64,000 nucleotides of DNA, taken from positions 106,640,001-106,704,000 of the forward strand of contig OZ320313.1 of the NCBI GenBank assembly GCA_976226885.1, read 5' to 3'. Both the position numbers and the translations under genes were made by a program. How positions within the stretch are numbered: the first letter of the stretch is position 1; every line of letters starts with the position of its first letter. The stretch is from Iphione sp. A-MEVVRFRX5 (Eukaryota). Positions 23,638 to 36,700 of this stretch are shown here, one piece after another. Below the pieces are notes generated by a model that was not told where the DNA came from, made no database searches, and saw only the letters and a list, made by a program, of their open reading frames with translations.

Positions 23638-23717
23638 CTTATTGAGGAACCCTTTCAGGGCAGATGCGGCTTTTACTGACAAGGACCTTGGGATACGGAT
23701 CGTCTTCTCCAAAATCA
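23638..23717 (-). CDS. aPKC: aPKC exon ([27 protein letters not shown])
   Basis: 80 bp, AG/GT boundaries, phase 1 to 0. Confidence 0.96.
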
Positions 23718-23819
23718 CTGCAACAGATAGTAGAAGATAATTATTAGCAGACGATATGAATTTACCGGTGATATATGATACTGCACAGCCGTAACATTAG
23801 CGCAAAAATTATTATAAAT

Positions 23820-23879
<60 letters not shown>

Positions 23880-23894
23880 GGAGAGAGAGAGAGA
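23820..23894. repeat. (GA)n microsatellite with a G run
   Basis: Visible run. Confidence 0.95.
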
Positions 23895-23956
23895 GATTGA
23901 GAGAAGAACCAATGCATTTGATGACTAGTAATTATCTTTTCCCCTTTAACAAATAA

Positions 23957-24549
23957 AGGAGAAACTTACTTTGCGACCACCAGTCGGGTCGGCCCAAAAT
24001 GTTCGTAATTTTGAATATGGTCGGAAAGCAATAATTTGACCCCCCCCCTTTATTCTAGTATATAAATAAGATAAATAAATCAATAGATAGTATGTTCACG
24101 CCCCCGACCATCCCAGCAGACCCTCTCCAGTGTGAGAGACCATCAGAGACGTCGCAGTTCATGCCCCTGACCATCACGGCAGACCCTCTCTAAGGTGAGA
24201 ACACATCAGAGACGTCGGCAGTTGACTCCCCTACCACTACCGGCCGACCCTCTCCAAGGTGAGAGAACATCAGAGACATCACAGTTGACTCCCCTGCCAC
24301 TACCGGCCAACCCTCTCCAGGGTGAGAGAACATCAGAGACATCGGCAGTTCATGCCCGCGACCATCCCGGCAGACCCCCTCCAAGGTGAAAATGGTCGGA
24401 AATCATAAGAATGGTCGGAAATCAATATGGTCGGAAAGTGATACTCAAACATATAGGAAATGTATTGAGAATATTTCTGTTCCAAAGAGAAATGGTCGGA
24501 ATGGTTGGTTTGGTCAGAAACTAAGATGGTCGCAAAGTAAGATTCTCCT
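23957..24549. mobile_element. Non-autonomous TIR element containing a 63-64-bp minisatellite (24106-24388)
   Basis: 23-bp TIRs AGGAGAAACTTACTTTGCGACCA / TGGTCGCAAAGTAAGATTCTCCT (1 mismatch); repeated ATGGTCGGAA motifs; about 4.4 tandem units; no clear TSD. Confidence 0.75.
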
Positions 24550-24739
24550 GCATTTCGATTTCAATAGTGAAGTATGCACCTGAAGGAAGCACCATACTCT
24601 TGAGAGTTGGAGCAAATATGCCTCAAAGAATAAAGAAGCCAGTCTTTTTTGGTTTATAGCTTTTCAAAATATCATTCTCTTTTGAATAGTTCAAAGGACA
24701 AATAACCAGAACTGCAGCAGTGGAAATACATCAGCCTTA

Positions 24740-25087
24740 GGCTAAAAAAAAAACAATAGGTGCGTTTCTGGTAACGGCCACCCAAAAACCTAGGTAGGGA
24801 GGGGGGTATCTTTCTTTTTTTTACATTTTCTTTCCACTTTCTTTGTCTGGTTTTTGATAAAATTAAAGACAATATGAAAAATTTTGCTTTACAGTTTTTG
24901 CTGAATTTCCATGGATTTTATTGTTTTCTACTGAATTTACAAAAAATATGTGCTGTGAAAAACTCGTATCTAAGAAAATTCTGCCTTGGAAGCTCTTTGG
25001 GGACAAAAATTTTTTAGGTACGGTGAGGTTTTACTAGGTAGGGGGGCGGGGGGGTTTACCAAAAACACACCTATTTTTTTTTTTGCC
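24740..25087. mobile_element. PIF/Harbinger-type MITE (related family)
   Basis: TIRs GGC(T/A)A-run..ATAGGTG(C/T)GTTT(C/T)TGGTAA; TTA duplication at 24737-24739 and 25088-25090. Confidence 0.8.
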
Positions 25088-25543
25088 TTATCAGATAATG
25101 TCTCTGGTATCCTGGTTGTTAGTGAGGCACCATGAAGCAATATGTAGCTAGTTAACTGAAAGTAAACAACACGGCAGCAGTGGAGCGGGGAGCGGGGATG
25201 GACAAAAGCATGTTATAGTCCCTGAATCAGCCATGACGTCCAAGATAAAACCTCCAATTTGCATAAAATGTTAGCGAATGGCACTGACATCATGCACTAC
25301 AAAGTGCCTTCACAAGTTGAAAATGATCTGGCAGAACACAAAAAAAACACAGTAGAACCTCGCATCTTGGTTTCCGCTGAAATTTTCCACATTTGCAGAG
25401 TGTCCCTAATCCTGGACGTACAGCCAAAGTATGATACTATTTCAGAGAAGGGTATCCCCATTCATGAAGTTCTTCTATACTTTCAAAATATTTTCCATCT
25501 TTTTATGATATTCAATAAAATATATGAATCATGAATAGCTGAC

Positions 25544-25669
25544 CTTGGAAGAGGTAGTCCTCTGTGTTTTGGTCCGGGTTGTCCGTATGTCCCACAATAT
25601 CAAATGGTGAACGCCCCGCCAGCATTTCAAACATCAACACACCAAGTGCCCACCAGTCGACACTGAAGT
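25544..25669 (-). CDS. aPKC: aPKC exon ([42 protein letters not shown])
   Basis: 126 bp, phase 1 to 1, kinase subdomain IX plus the aPKC-specific insert. Confidence 0.97.
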
Positions 25670-27096
25670 CTGAAAAAGACAGATTACCAATATATAATTT
25701 ATTTCGAGAATTTCTGCAGCAAAAAGCATCTGCTCAAATCATTGGGTTTCAGCCCTAGGCTGCGCAAGTTGTATGGTTATATCATTACATGAGATTTAGT
25801 CAGAGCAGAATAATGTAATAAATAAACATGTATAATCTTAATATTATATATATAAATAAGAGACATCTCCAGATTGGGGACATAGTATCTACTTCTTCTT
25901 ACAGTTTCATCTTTCAATGCTACGTTCAGATATTGATATTCAAAATTACATAATTTACTTATATTGCCCCCATCAAAGAATGGTAATTTCTGAGGTACTT
26001 AGTAACATTAACATTTCACAATAGGATGGGGGGAAACGCTTTCTTTGATTTTTCAATTCCACGTTGAGTGTACTTCCAGAGTACTACTCCACCTGTATTT
26101 AAAGCGTGCATCACACAATGGTTTCATCTGTTACGAAATAGCTATGCTTGAGCTAGCATTATACATTAACTATGTATCTCTTTCACTTTTTCTGTGTTTC
26201 ATTAAAAAGATAAATCTGCCACGATAGCTTTGACGCTCATATTTTAGAGGATATACAATAGAAGGCAGATCAGCGGTAAACAAATGTATTTGCCAATATC
26301 AGCGATTTCTACGGACTAAGCAGGTTATTAGTAGGTTTTTAGTGCGTCCAGTATTGTAGTACGGGATGAACATTCTTAACTCTCTTGAGTAATCAAAATG
26401 GATACAGTCACACAAAATATTCACCAATTGGTATTGAGAAACGCCACAGTTTAGCTGCTGGGGCTTACTTTTAAAAAAACTATTATTCCTAGGGATGCTG
26501 ATTCAACGTTAGTAACATACCGATGTGCTACCTGGTAAGTATAGGTACAAGGTTAAAGCGAGGGTAAAATACGTTCAGTGTTTGATGGGGAAAATAAAAC
26601 TGTCATATGTACAAGTCAGACCGAATCCTAGGATACGGAGAGCAAATGAACCCCTGTACGGGTCAAAATCCCCTTCTTATTCAACACGTGCGTATCTGTA
26701 TATACATGCACAGGGTCATTTTAAGATGAAAAAAATTGTTTTTGTATTTATATAGATGGACACATACATGTAAATGCATGCATATCATTTGCGGGTGTTT
26801 CTTTTTGGTAGACGAGCCATGAAAATGGTACTTCAGGGAAGATGTTCAAACAACGGTTGAATCGACCCATCACCAAGGAGCGACAGAACATTAAGATGAT
26901 GCTCTGCCTACGACACACTTTACGTTAGTTCTGTGGAGAGTGACATATCTGCGAAGCATCATTTTGATGTTGTGCTACTCTTTGCTGATTGGTCAATTGG
27001 GTCACACCCATGCATGGTTGATGGCTGTAACTGAGGAAGCTTTTTTTTTCTTTCCGAAAAAGCAACAGCATTCTTTGGCACAGCACAGCACCATAC

Positions 27097-27184
27097 CGTA
27101 ATCCTCGCCCCGGAGGATTTCGGGGGCGATGTAATTCGGAGTCCCGCAGAATGTGGCAGTGGTGTCGCCAGCCTTGAGTCCCTC
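27097..27184 (-). CDS. aPKC: aPKC activation-loop exon, variant B ([29 protein letters not shown])
   Basis: 88 bp, catcag acceptor, gtatgg donor, phase 0 to 1, open frame. Confidence 0.9.
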
Positions 27185-28014
27185 CTGATGTGTATTTGCA
27201 GTGGAGGACCGAATGGACAGTGAACCGCCAGAACCCATCACCAATGAGGGGACAACCATTACCATTTTGATGGTTTTATTTTTTTTTCGCAAATGGCACG
27301 AAGGTGCAAGAATGCAAAGGAGAGAGGGTGAAAGAAAAAAAAAAAGGTTGATGATTGGCTACTTCAGTGTGAAATTCTGTGCAACATTCTTAGTCTAATG
27401 TTCAGTACTCCTTCTAAAACCTAAGAATTACACAGAGGGGTTTGCTTTGTGCAGTGAGCCCTGTGGTGCTAACCTGAAAATGAACTGGAACAATAATACA
27501 GCATTCAACCAAGTGTGATGCATCGAAATGACACCTATTATGACTAAAAGCTATGCCAGAATCAAACAACGTATATGAGGTTCTTTTCTCTACTCTGTAC
27601 AAGAGTGTGATGCCATTTACGTCTTTTCAAGAAAGGGTTACATGGAGTGGAGGTTTGATACTGTCTGATGCGTCACACTTGATGTTAACGGAGCATACAA
27701 TCTACACATTGTGACAAGGTGGGGGTAAGGTAATGGCTTTTAGCTTCTTTGCACATGGCCAATTCCTTCGCACGATCTCCTGATGAACAGAAAACTATTT
27801 TACTTGTGGTGAACACTTCTGACTCTTGGAAACCGTGGTATACCCCCCCCCCCCATCAACTGCAGATGAAGCCTTGACTCGGTGGGGGAAAAAAACACAC
27901 CAAAAGCCGTTACCTTTTTGTTGTGCACATTATAAATATAAAAAGCAAGCATGAAAGGAGAGAAAGAGGTCCCAGTTAGGAGGTGCGCTCGGGAGTGTTA
28001 CTTGGAGAGCCTAC

Positions 28015-28102
28015 CGTAGTCCTGTCCTCGCAGCATCTCGGGTGCGATGTAGTTGGGCGTTCCGCAGAAGGTGCTTGTCGTGTCGCCGGGCCGGAGACCC
28101 TC
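28015..28102 (-). CDS. aPKC: aPKC activation-loop exon, variant A ([29 protein letters not shown])
   Basis: 88 bp, tttttaag acceptor, gtaggc donor, phase 0 to 1. Not shown in the ORF track in this frame; translated by hand. Confidence 0.9.
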
Positions 28103-28818
28103 CTTAAAAAGCCACGCGCAGCATGCAAACAGGCCAGCAACACAGTGTTAGTTGATGTCATGAGATGGTTATGGGTAACTCAGGTAGTATGGTTAGGTGG
28201 CACGATTGAAAAGGAAATATTAAAGACAGAGGTATTTAAAAACTAATACATTTGACCTAATGGTTTGGGAACAGATAGAACCACAAAGTTCATAAAAGAG
28301 GGTTGGAGGGAAGCACAGCAGTCTTCCTGAGCGGCCCCCCTTTTTTCATTACAAAAATGAACGCTTATCCACACGTAAAATCTCTCCTAGACCCGCTCTC
28401 ATATGTATGGAGCCTTTCTTCTGTAGTCATCTCTGAATACACTCAGAGAACGCATTTTCTATTCGTGGTTATTATGCTAAAACCACTCTATGGCTGACAC
28501 AAGCCCCTTCTCAACAAATGCCTCGCTACTTGTATGCAGGCTTTCATAGCAATGTCCTTATGGGGTTTCAGGTTTGGCACAAGTTGTAAATGTTGACCAA
28601 AAGGGTTTGAAACTATATTTGCAAGTTTTCCACTAAAGGTTAGGATGTATTTATGTGTTTCACATCCCGTGGAGCTTTGGATAACTAACAAGTGGGAAAA
28701 CTACATAACTAGTAAACATCATGGTTAGTTGGTTATGCCCTGCTGTTTCTACTGTGCCCGAGTTCTGTTGGTTCAAAATATTTGCTGGGCTGATGAACCG
28801 TACAGGTTTCTATACAAG

Positions 28819-29421
28819 ACAAGAGTGTGGACCTGTGAGGTCTATTGTCCCCCGCCAACTGCCCATAAAGATGGGGTGGGGGGGGGGGAAGAAGGGAAGA
28901 GAAAGAGAGAGAAAATGAGTGTGTGTGTGTGTGTGTGTGTGTGTGTAGTGTCTCTCTCTCCTTACAACCACCTTGATTGGCAGCTTGTTTTGGGGGTAGT
29001 TGGCTGGACTTGTTTAAGTCCTTCAGGTTTACAACTCTCGGTTCTGCCTGACCGGGCACAGCCCCCTTGGTTCTGCCTCACTGAGCACCAGACTGCTACA
29101 AACCCTCGGTTCTGCATGACTGAGCACTGAGTGTGTATGTATGTGCATTGTCAGACCTAGGAACTCCTGAACCAGGTCTGTATGTTTGTAAGTGTGTTAG
29201 GAAAAGAGTAAAATTGGCATATTTTCACCTTCAAAATATTTGAATTACTACCAAAATTACCCAGTGCCATGGGACCATATATACCAATATCATATATTAA
29301 AATCAGTTCTTTTGAGTGAAGGGTTTAAGACTTATAAGACCCACAAGAGTGTGACGGATGGTCGGGACACCAGCTGGCAGCATTCCTAATGTCCCCCCCT
29401 CTATGAGGCGGGGGACAATAA
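28819..29421 (+). mobile_element. HINE-like element, copy 2
   Basis: Same family as 22985-23585; perfect 13-bp inverted pair ATTGTCCCCCGCC (28844-28856) / GGCGGGGGACAAT (29407-29419). Confidence 0.7.
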
Positions 29422-30748
29422 AGTGATCTGTGGTTCCATGATGATTTATTACACTACCTATATAAAACGTTGCCTAAAAGTAGTACGGCCATGGGGACAG
29501 CCATGGGAGGAGTTCTCATTGCTGTGAGATATTTTCAAGATCACAGAGTGTGCTAACTTTCATATGTTTGTGTTGATACTTTTAAAAATAATATCTAATG
29601 GCATGTGTTTCTTTTCAAAAAAGACTACATAGAAGAAAATATCCCTAAAGTTGTGTCACTTGGGACTACTTTTTCAGTTAGGTGTATCCCTACATTGGTT
29701 TTCTGTTTACATGGAAGAGTGTACTTAGACCCCACTACATAGGGTGGGGGAGGTGGGGGGGAGCAATAAACCTCCAGCAACTGAGGTCGCCAAAGGCGCT
29801 TGTATTGTCTGAAAACAATGTCGCCCACTGAGTGGAGTTGGCGATAAGGAGGAAACCAATAAGAAAAGGAGAGAGGCCGGCTCGGTCTCACTACTGCCTC
29901 AAACTAAGCTGGTCCTCCGACCATATCCACATGTCTGTGTAGTAAGCTTCAGCCCTTTTCATAGGTATTCAGTTCCCCTTTGGCAGTATTTAACCCTAAA
30001 CATCTGTCAGACACTCACACCAGTGTTTGAAAAAGGTATAAAACGGATAATAAACTGCATAAATCTCGCAACGATTGACCTACCACTAGGCGGTTTAGAC
30101 AATGTCCAGCTTCACTTGCCTGAACCTTTAAAACATTTCCGATTATGGGTTATTTGCTGAAAAGTGAAACAATGTCTGTTACTAGGCAATGCGCAAGGGA
30201 TTAGTGGTTCCACGACGCAAAGACAAGTGAATGCTGGACAATATCCAAGCCACCCAGCGACAGGTCAGTTAGAAGTTTTGTTGCAAAATATTTCTACAGA
30301 TTAGTCAATCAAATCAGTTTAAGTAGAAAAGGTACATAGGCGTGTATAGTAAAACCTCTAGCGGGATACCCTTGGTTCCTAGAGAAAAAGTCCTCATATA
30401 GGGCGTGCCCTCAGTTCTGGGACATAGATAACCTATATATAAAATGCTTGTTCCGAGCAAATCTACCCCAGTATAAAAAATGGTCCTTGTTTTGGGGTAG
30501 CTTCATACCGAGGTTCTACTGTACATTCTTGGGTTTTTTCTCGAAATTTCTTTAACAGACTTTTACATTTGAGAAGTATGCTCTGGTACTCTTCCTACCA
30601 TACGCAACAGTCATTATTATATCAACGATCATTTAAAAAAAATCAAATATCATCAAACTCACAATTCGATTTTCAACATGTTAAAAGCAAAACATGCATG
30701 AAGTCAACTGATACCTGATTCTAAATTCATTTCGGATGTAAATAAGTA

Positions 30749-30925
30749 CAGTGCAGTCTCTATTAACGACCACATCGTTTTGCAACCATTCTCTATTTAA
30801 GACCACCTCAGATTGGTCCCAAAACGCTGTTTTTTCTACATTTTATACTCTATTTATGACAAAATTTGCCAATAAGACCATTTGGGCCTGGTCCCAAGGG
30901 GTGGTCGTAAATAGAGACTCCACTG
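30749..30925. mobile_element. Tc1/mariner-type MITE (177 bp)
   Basis: TIRs CAGTG(C/G)AGTCTCTATT(A/T)ACGACCAC flanked by TA on both sides. Confidence 0.85.
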
Positions 30926-31081
30926 TATGTATATGCAAAATTACAATTTGACATTTTTAATATGGATATAAATTTTCTAAATAAATGCCAGTCGTGTGCG
31001 CTCTCAATGAATAATTCAATGGCTAGTACAATTTAATGATACATATATTTACTGGCTGCTGGCTGCTTATTCATCTGTTTA

Positions 31082-31273
<192 letters not shown>

Positions 31274-31924
31274 CTATTAAAGCCTACTTAAAACCAACTT
31301 GTTCTTGTTGTATTAGTGTGTTCATCTAACACAAAATAACAGAATTATTCCTAGCTAACCTCCATTTTCAGGTCACACCTTCAGCTACTGAGAGAATGTT
31401 GGCAATTTATGTAAGGTTTGGGCAGTAAGATCGTAAAATTTGGGCGAAGTTGAGGCTAACAAAGATACCAATAAACTGACCCACTTGCTTGATTGTTGGC
31501 AATCCTGCTACAACGCAATGTGTTACTCCTGGATATGTATATGTTTGCGGGGACTACACATGCCACACAGTAACACTCACAGACACATATACACGTACAT
31601 GTACATACAGGTACCTTGTATATACATGTATGTCTTCGGGCACACAGCCACAGCAGAATTAACGGTCACATTGTCTGGCCTTCAGATTCTTAGCGTTTTT
31701 TAAAAAAATACTTTTATTATTGCAAAATGCATCTTTCACTAAGGCAACAGCTGTTGCAGTGAATCTAAGTTTTTTTTTGACATAAACTTAATTTTGATTG
31801 CTGGTGTGACACAAGTACGTTCCCCGGCTGAAGACATTTTTGAGTTACCCAGTGATCGGTCCATTGTGATTTTCCTTATGAAAATACTCATACATCAGGG
31901 ACAGAGAAACAGATCGATGATTAC

Positions 31925-32061
31925 CCTTCTCATGCAGGAAGTTGAGAGCCAGACAGATTTCCGCCGAGTAGAAGCGTGCATGCTCCTCTGGCAGCCGGCG
32001 CTGGCGCTGCATGTGGAACATGAGGTCCCCGCCATTGACAAACTCTATCACAAAGAACAGT
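31925..32061 (-). CDS. aPKC: aPKC exon ([45 protein letters not shown])
   Basis: 137 bp, AG/GT boundaries, phase 2 to 1. Confidence 0.97.
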
Positions 32062-33146
32062 CTGAAAGACAGAAACACCAAGAAAACGAAATCAATCTAT
32101 AATACAGTTACTCTAAGGGCTGATTTTGTCGATCTCAAAGACTGATTCAGGAATGTAAACAAATATAAAGCTTTTTTTTTTTTGATGCCTGAAGAGCCAC
32201 ATATGGCGAAACCTTGAGAATAAACCTTCCCTATATATGGGGAAAACAATCCCCAACACTTATTGAACCCAAGAGTCACAATTAGATACCGAAACAGCCC
32301 ATATTGGCCTAATAAACACATTTTGTTTGGTATCTTGGGGAGGCACCATAGAGAGAGACAACATCTCCATGGTTACCAAGACTTGCTATAGCAATGGCAG
32401 TTACAGTGGAACATTTTCACATCAGTCAAGGTAGCATCAGCTGGTTGAAGACACCCATCCACGTCTTATTAATATTAACAAATATAAAGCTGGGTTGTCC
32501 ACGCAAGGTATTACCTGTATTTTGAATAAATGTATAGAATATGAACCAGAACAAAGTTTCTGTTATGTTATAAATACTTTCAACTTTCACATCATGACCA
32601 TTGCTTAAATAAGTGATAGCCAGCGAGTTCCGTTATGTACGTGTTGTCCGTGGAGTTTCCATGACTTCAGTCAAGTATGAACAGAACAGTCTAAGCTTAG
32701 AAAGGAAACCCTATCAGGCACTATTTGTTAAAGGACAATTTTTTCTGGAATATGCCCAGGACCCTCAGATCAAGTCTACTCGTGCTGTTGTGAATACAGT
32801 TGCATCAGGCTTTATGTGAAAGGTACAACAGAGAAAAGTTACCGAAAAAGAGTCACAAACATTTTGCAGTGGGAAAACCTGACGGAAAAATGAACGCCAA
32901 ATTATTCAGCAATCTCTCGTGATTAAATTCACTTATTACTTGAACATTGCTGACGAGCGCCAGCATGTTAAAATGATGCTCTGCCACCAACCCTGTTTAC
33001 ATTAGTTGTGTGGAGAATGACATCGCTGTGAAGCATAATTTTGACATTCTGCTGCTCTTCTGCGATCGGCCAACTGTGAAGTAATGCAAGTTGTAAACAG
33101 GACATGATTGTTTGTGACCTAGAAGATACTTGACGGTAGGACATAC

Positions 33147-33244
33147 CTGCTTGGTGTTTGGAAGCATGAGTGAAGGCCGACGAGGAACGGGTGATTGGAA
33201 GCCACCTCAAATACATGCTTCTCTGTTTGCACCCAGTCAATATC
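33147..33244 (-). CDS. aPKC: aPKC exon ([32 protein letters not shown])
   Basis: 98 bp, AG/GT boundaries, phase 0 to 2. Confidence 0.97.
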
Positions 33245-33540
33245 CTGAAGAAGAGGACACACAGGGTTAAAAGTACACGCCATTGCCGAATATGCTCAGA
33301 TTATTCCTGTTAAGGTTTTCAATGCTTTAAAGCTATCAAAAGTTAACCATACAAGTAAACAGGATACAACCCTTGGCGATGTGAAGTGAGAGAAAAGAAT
33401 CAATTAAAAAATTTAAGAGGACTTCCTTAATACATCTAGACTCAGACAACGACTTTCGTTATGTGAGAGACCAGCAGGCTCATGTGGTTATAATAAAAAC
33501 AGTGATCTGTGAACTCTGTAACATTCAGGCATGAACCAAC

Positions 33541-33702
33541 CTCATCGTCATTGACCAGTTCCTTCTTGATGACCTTCATTGCGTAGATACGTTTGGTTTT
33601 CTTCTGCTCCACCATTAGGACCTTGGCATAGCTTCCGCGACCGATGACTCGCAGCAACTCAAAGTCCTCCAGCCCGATGGCTGTGTTTTCACTTGAGGTA
33701 GC
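33541..33702 (-). CDS. aPKC: aPKC exon ([28 protein letters not shown]...[14 protein letters not shown])
   Basis: 162 bp; GRGSYAKV glycine loop with the aPKC-diagnostic Ala; catalytic Lys in AMK. Confidence 0.97.
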
Positions 33703-36700
33703 CTGTAAAGTAACACACACACAACCAATAAATCCTGACAATTTTTTTTTGTCATTTGATTCAACACTTGTACAGGTGTATATCCATTTACGAAACCTCT
33801 GGGAATGAAGCTCCTTTATAACGAAGTAAGAAATACCCTCTTATAAACAGGTTACCAAAAGGAGGCAAACTGGATTGAATGGACATCCACTATGCCTCTG
33901 GTAACGAAGTTTCTGACAACGAAGTCATCTCTAGGAACACGACTACTTTGTTAATTAAGATATACCTTGAGTCAGTCCTGTTTTTGTATCAATTCAACAT
34001 TTTGATTACCTTGCAAAAATCGTTTGTGAATACAGTGGGCTTACTTCAAATCAGAGCTTCACACGCAAAAAAAAACGTTTTAGTGAGCCGGTTATACTTC
34101 ATTCCACTAAAAGGCATTTTACACAACAGAAGACCTGATGCTAAAAGCGTATACTACTGACAAAAAGAACCAGCCACCTGAAGGAATATGTTCTAATCCT
34201 TAGGGCAATTGATTCGTGTGAACAAAAACTCAGTCTCCTTTGGAGAGAAATGATTTCGTGGTTCCTAGTAAGGAAATCTATTGGGTCATAGTATGATTGC
34301 TTTTTTTTCACTGGATATGACACCGTTCATTCATAAATATTACTTGTGCCAACACAAAGTCCAGAGAGGAGTTTGTTTAAAGGAACAGCAAATTGACTTG
34401 AGTTTGCTGCTTTTGAGGACAGAAACATAAACAGTTCAGTTTTGCTTGCATGTTTGAAAAACAGAGACACCAAAAACAAGCATCTAAAGCCCCACTCATC
34501 TAAGTTCATAATTCTTTTTAAATATTAAGATAGTCAAAGGCAAAATCAAAACAATACAGCGCATTCATTACTGTAGGAGTAATTGTTCCTAGTGCAACTT
34601 TCACATACTGCTTTGATTTAGCAGTCCTGATTGTCCCAAAATAAAGATATCCATATATACCTCCATATTTATGGGTCTGAATTTGAATTACAATCAAAAA
34701 TCAAAGAAATATTAGAAAGGAATGCACTACCATTAGATAAAGTTAGTTTAGGTCAGTACTACATGAGACGGAACTGATTCGTTCAAATTTAAAGCACTCA
34801 AGTTTCTATAAAAAAAATAAAAAAAATAACACCTCCGACAAACAAAAAATTATTAATACTGAAACTCACAATTGTTTAAAGGAAAGCAAAGGCCCAAAGT
34901 AACATTTATTTGAATTATTGTTGTAGGTGGACCACTAGGTTCCCCAGTGGTTTCCTTAGGTTGGCCATACCTTGATACAGCACACTATTACATGTCCTGT
35001 CACGTAAACATGTGTGGGAATTGCTATCTAGAGCATTTTCTGTTGCTAAATGTTGAACGGTCCCTCGCTAAAACCTCCCGTTCTCCCCAGCTTGAAAAAA
35101 CGAGCAGGGTTAATTAGAAGAATACAGATATTTCTATTTTTCATTATCGATTTCGGAAAAATTCAGAAGTGGGAAAACTAAGCAGACAAACTCTTCCTTT
35201 GTGTGAAAAATACTTAATGCGATAGATCTAGTTCAAACTGTGAAGTTTTCTTTTCTGGTGCAGTTCGTGAATTCGGATTTTGCCCTCTTCCTATAGTTGG
35301 GGGACTTCATGGCATGAGAGGTAAACGGTATAAGAAAAGACCACTACTATTTCCTTTGTGTGTTCCGCAAACAGTACATATACTAAGTTAACAACCTATT
35401 CACAAACACAGTGTTCCTTAATGATAATGCAGCCCAAATCTAACAAGGCACTGTCACCCGTGTTTTAAGCTTAAAACAAGCCTTTAAAATCTTAATTATA
35501 ACTACATACATGTATATATTTCGTATTTATTTGGAAACTGGGATGTCATGAGTGACGCAAAATAGAAATTTAAATCTGATCTTGTTTATCAGAGACGACA
35601 TCGCCTCGTCTCGTCTGAATCGGGAGATCTCAGTAGTGACTTAAGATTCTGTATGCATTTGCTCTATTGGGCACTAAATAATGTGACTTATTCTGAAGTG
35701 AGTCGGTAACATACTTAATTAGGGAATAAAAAGCATGGGTCCCCCCTCCACTAGGATACTAGCGGCTTATAGCTTCTATGGGTCTGTGCACTTGGCTGTC
35801 CGAAAGGCAGTATATACGACTGATCGCACGACAGCTTGAGGAACAATTCCAATGAACACTTCTGCCATTTTCTCTTATGACAGTGACTGTTGCTGTCGTA
35901 GCACAGTATGAAACAATGCCAGGGGAGAGCTTTACTTTGACATGATCAACAATCAATGCAGAATTTCACTAGGATATGTGCAAACGGCCAATTTACGCCA
36001 TTCGTCCATATCTTATGTAGGTAACAATCACTGTTCCTATCCCAGTGAAAAACTGAGACAGACAGAACCCTAGGGCAGTTATACTTGTTGTGTTCAAAGT
36101 TTTCACATGAAACTGCATTTATGATTCGCGCCAAAATGTGTGAAAGGAAATAGATTGACAAAAAAACTGTGTTTTGTAGATGGATAGGAAATTAAATTGT
36201 TCTTCCCTGAAACAGATATTATAGGATGATTCTGTCACCATAAGGTTGTCAAGTATGAATTTCACATCACAAAAAAATGGAATTATTTTCACGCTCACAG
36301 AAGCACAGCTCCAAACCTGTCTGGGTGCAAAGTGTAAGAAACACCAAGGATCACAGGGAAGGAAAACATCGCTTGAAGATAACAGGAATAGAGGTTGGTT
36401 GGTTGGTTGATTACTGAAGGCAGTCTAATCATGTTATATGCACCATCACCCCCACAGTACTTTGACCGATCACTATACCGACTTACATCGTTACTCGCAC
36501 TATTCTGCGATCGTGTGGAATCACGGCTGGTTGAGAGACTCTGAAAATAAAACGATGCCTGCATGCTCATGCACGGTCTACGCACAGAAGGCGGCTGTGG
36601 CACACATCCAGTCGTGGTGCATTTATCAAACACAGTCTGGCTATGTGTGAAAAATTATGTCCAATGTTTCGCAGATTATGGGGCTAAAGTTCCTGTCTTT

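Noticed and set aside
24106-24388. Regularly spaced repeats as a CRISPR array
   Set aside because: Contiguous diverged tandem units with no unique spacers, no cas genes, eukaryotic context.
26865-28176. 12-bp repeat ACCCATCACCAA (26865, 27233) with a 10/11 complement at 28166-28176 as docking/selector sites for the exclusive exons
   Set aside because: Short pairing, and one of the two configurations would loop out both exons; needs cross-species covariation before it can be claimed.
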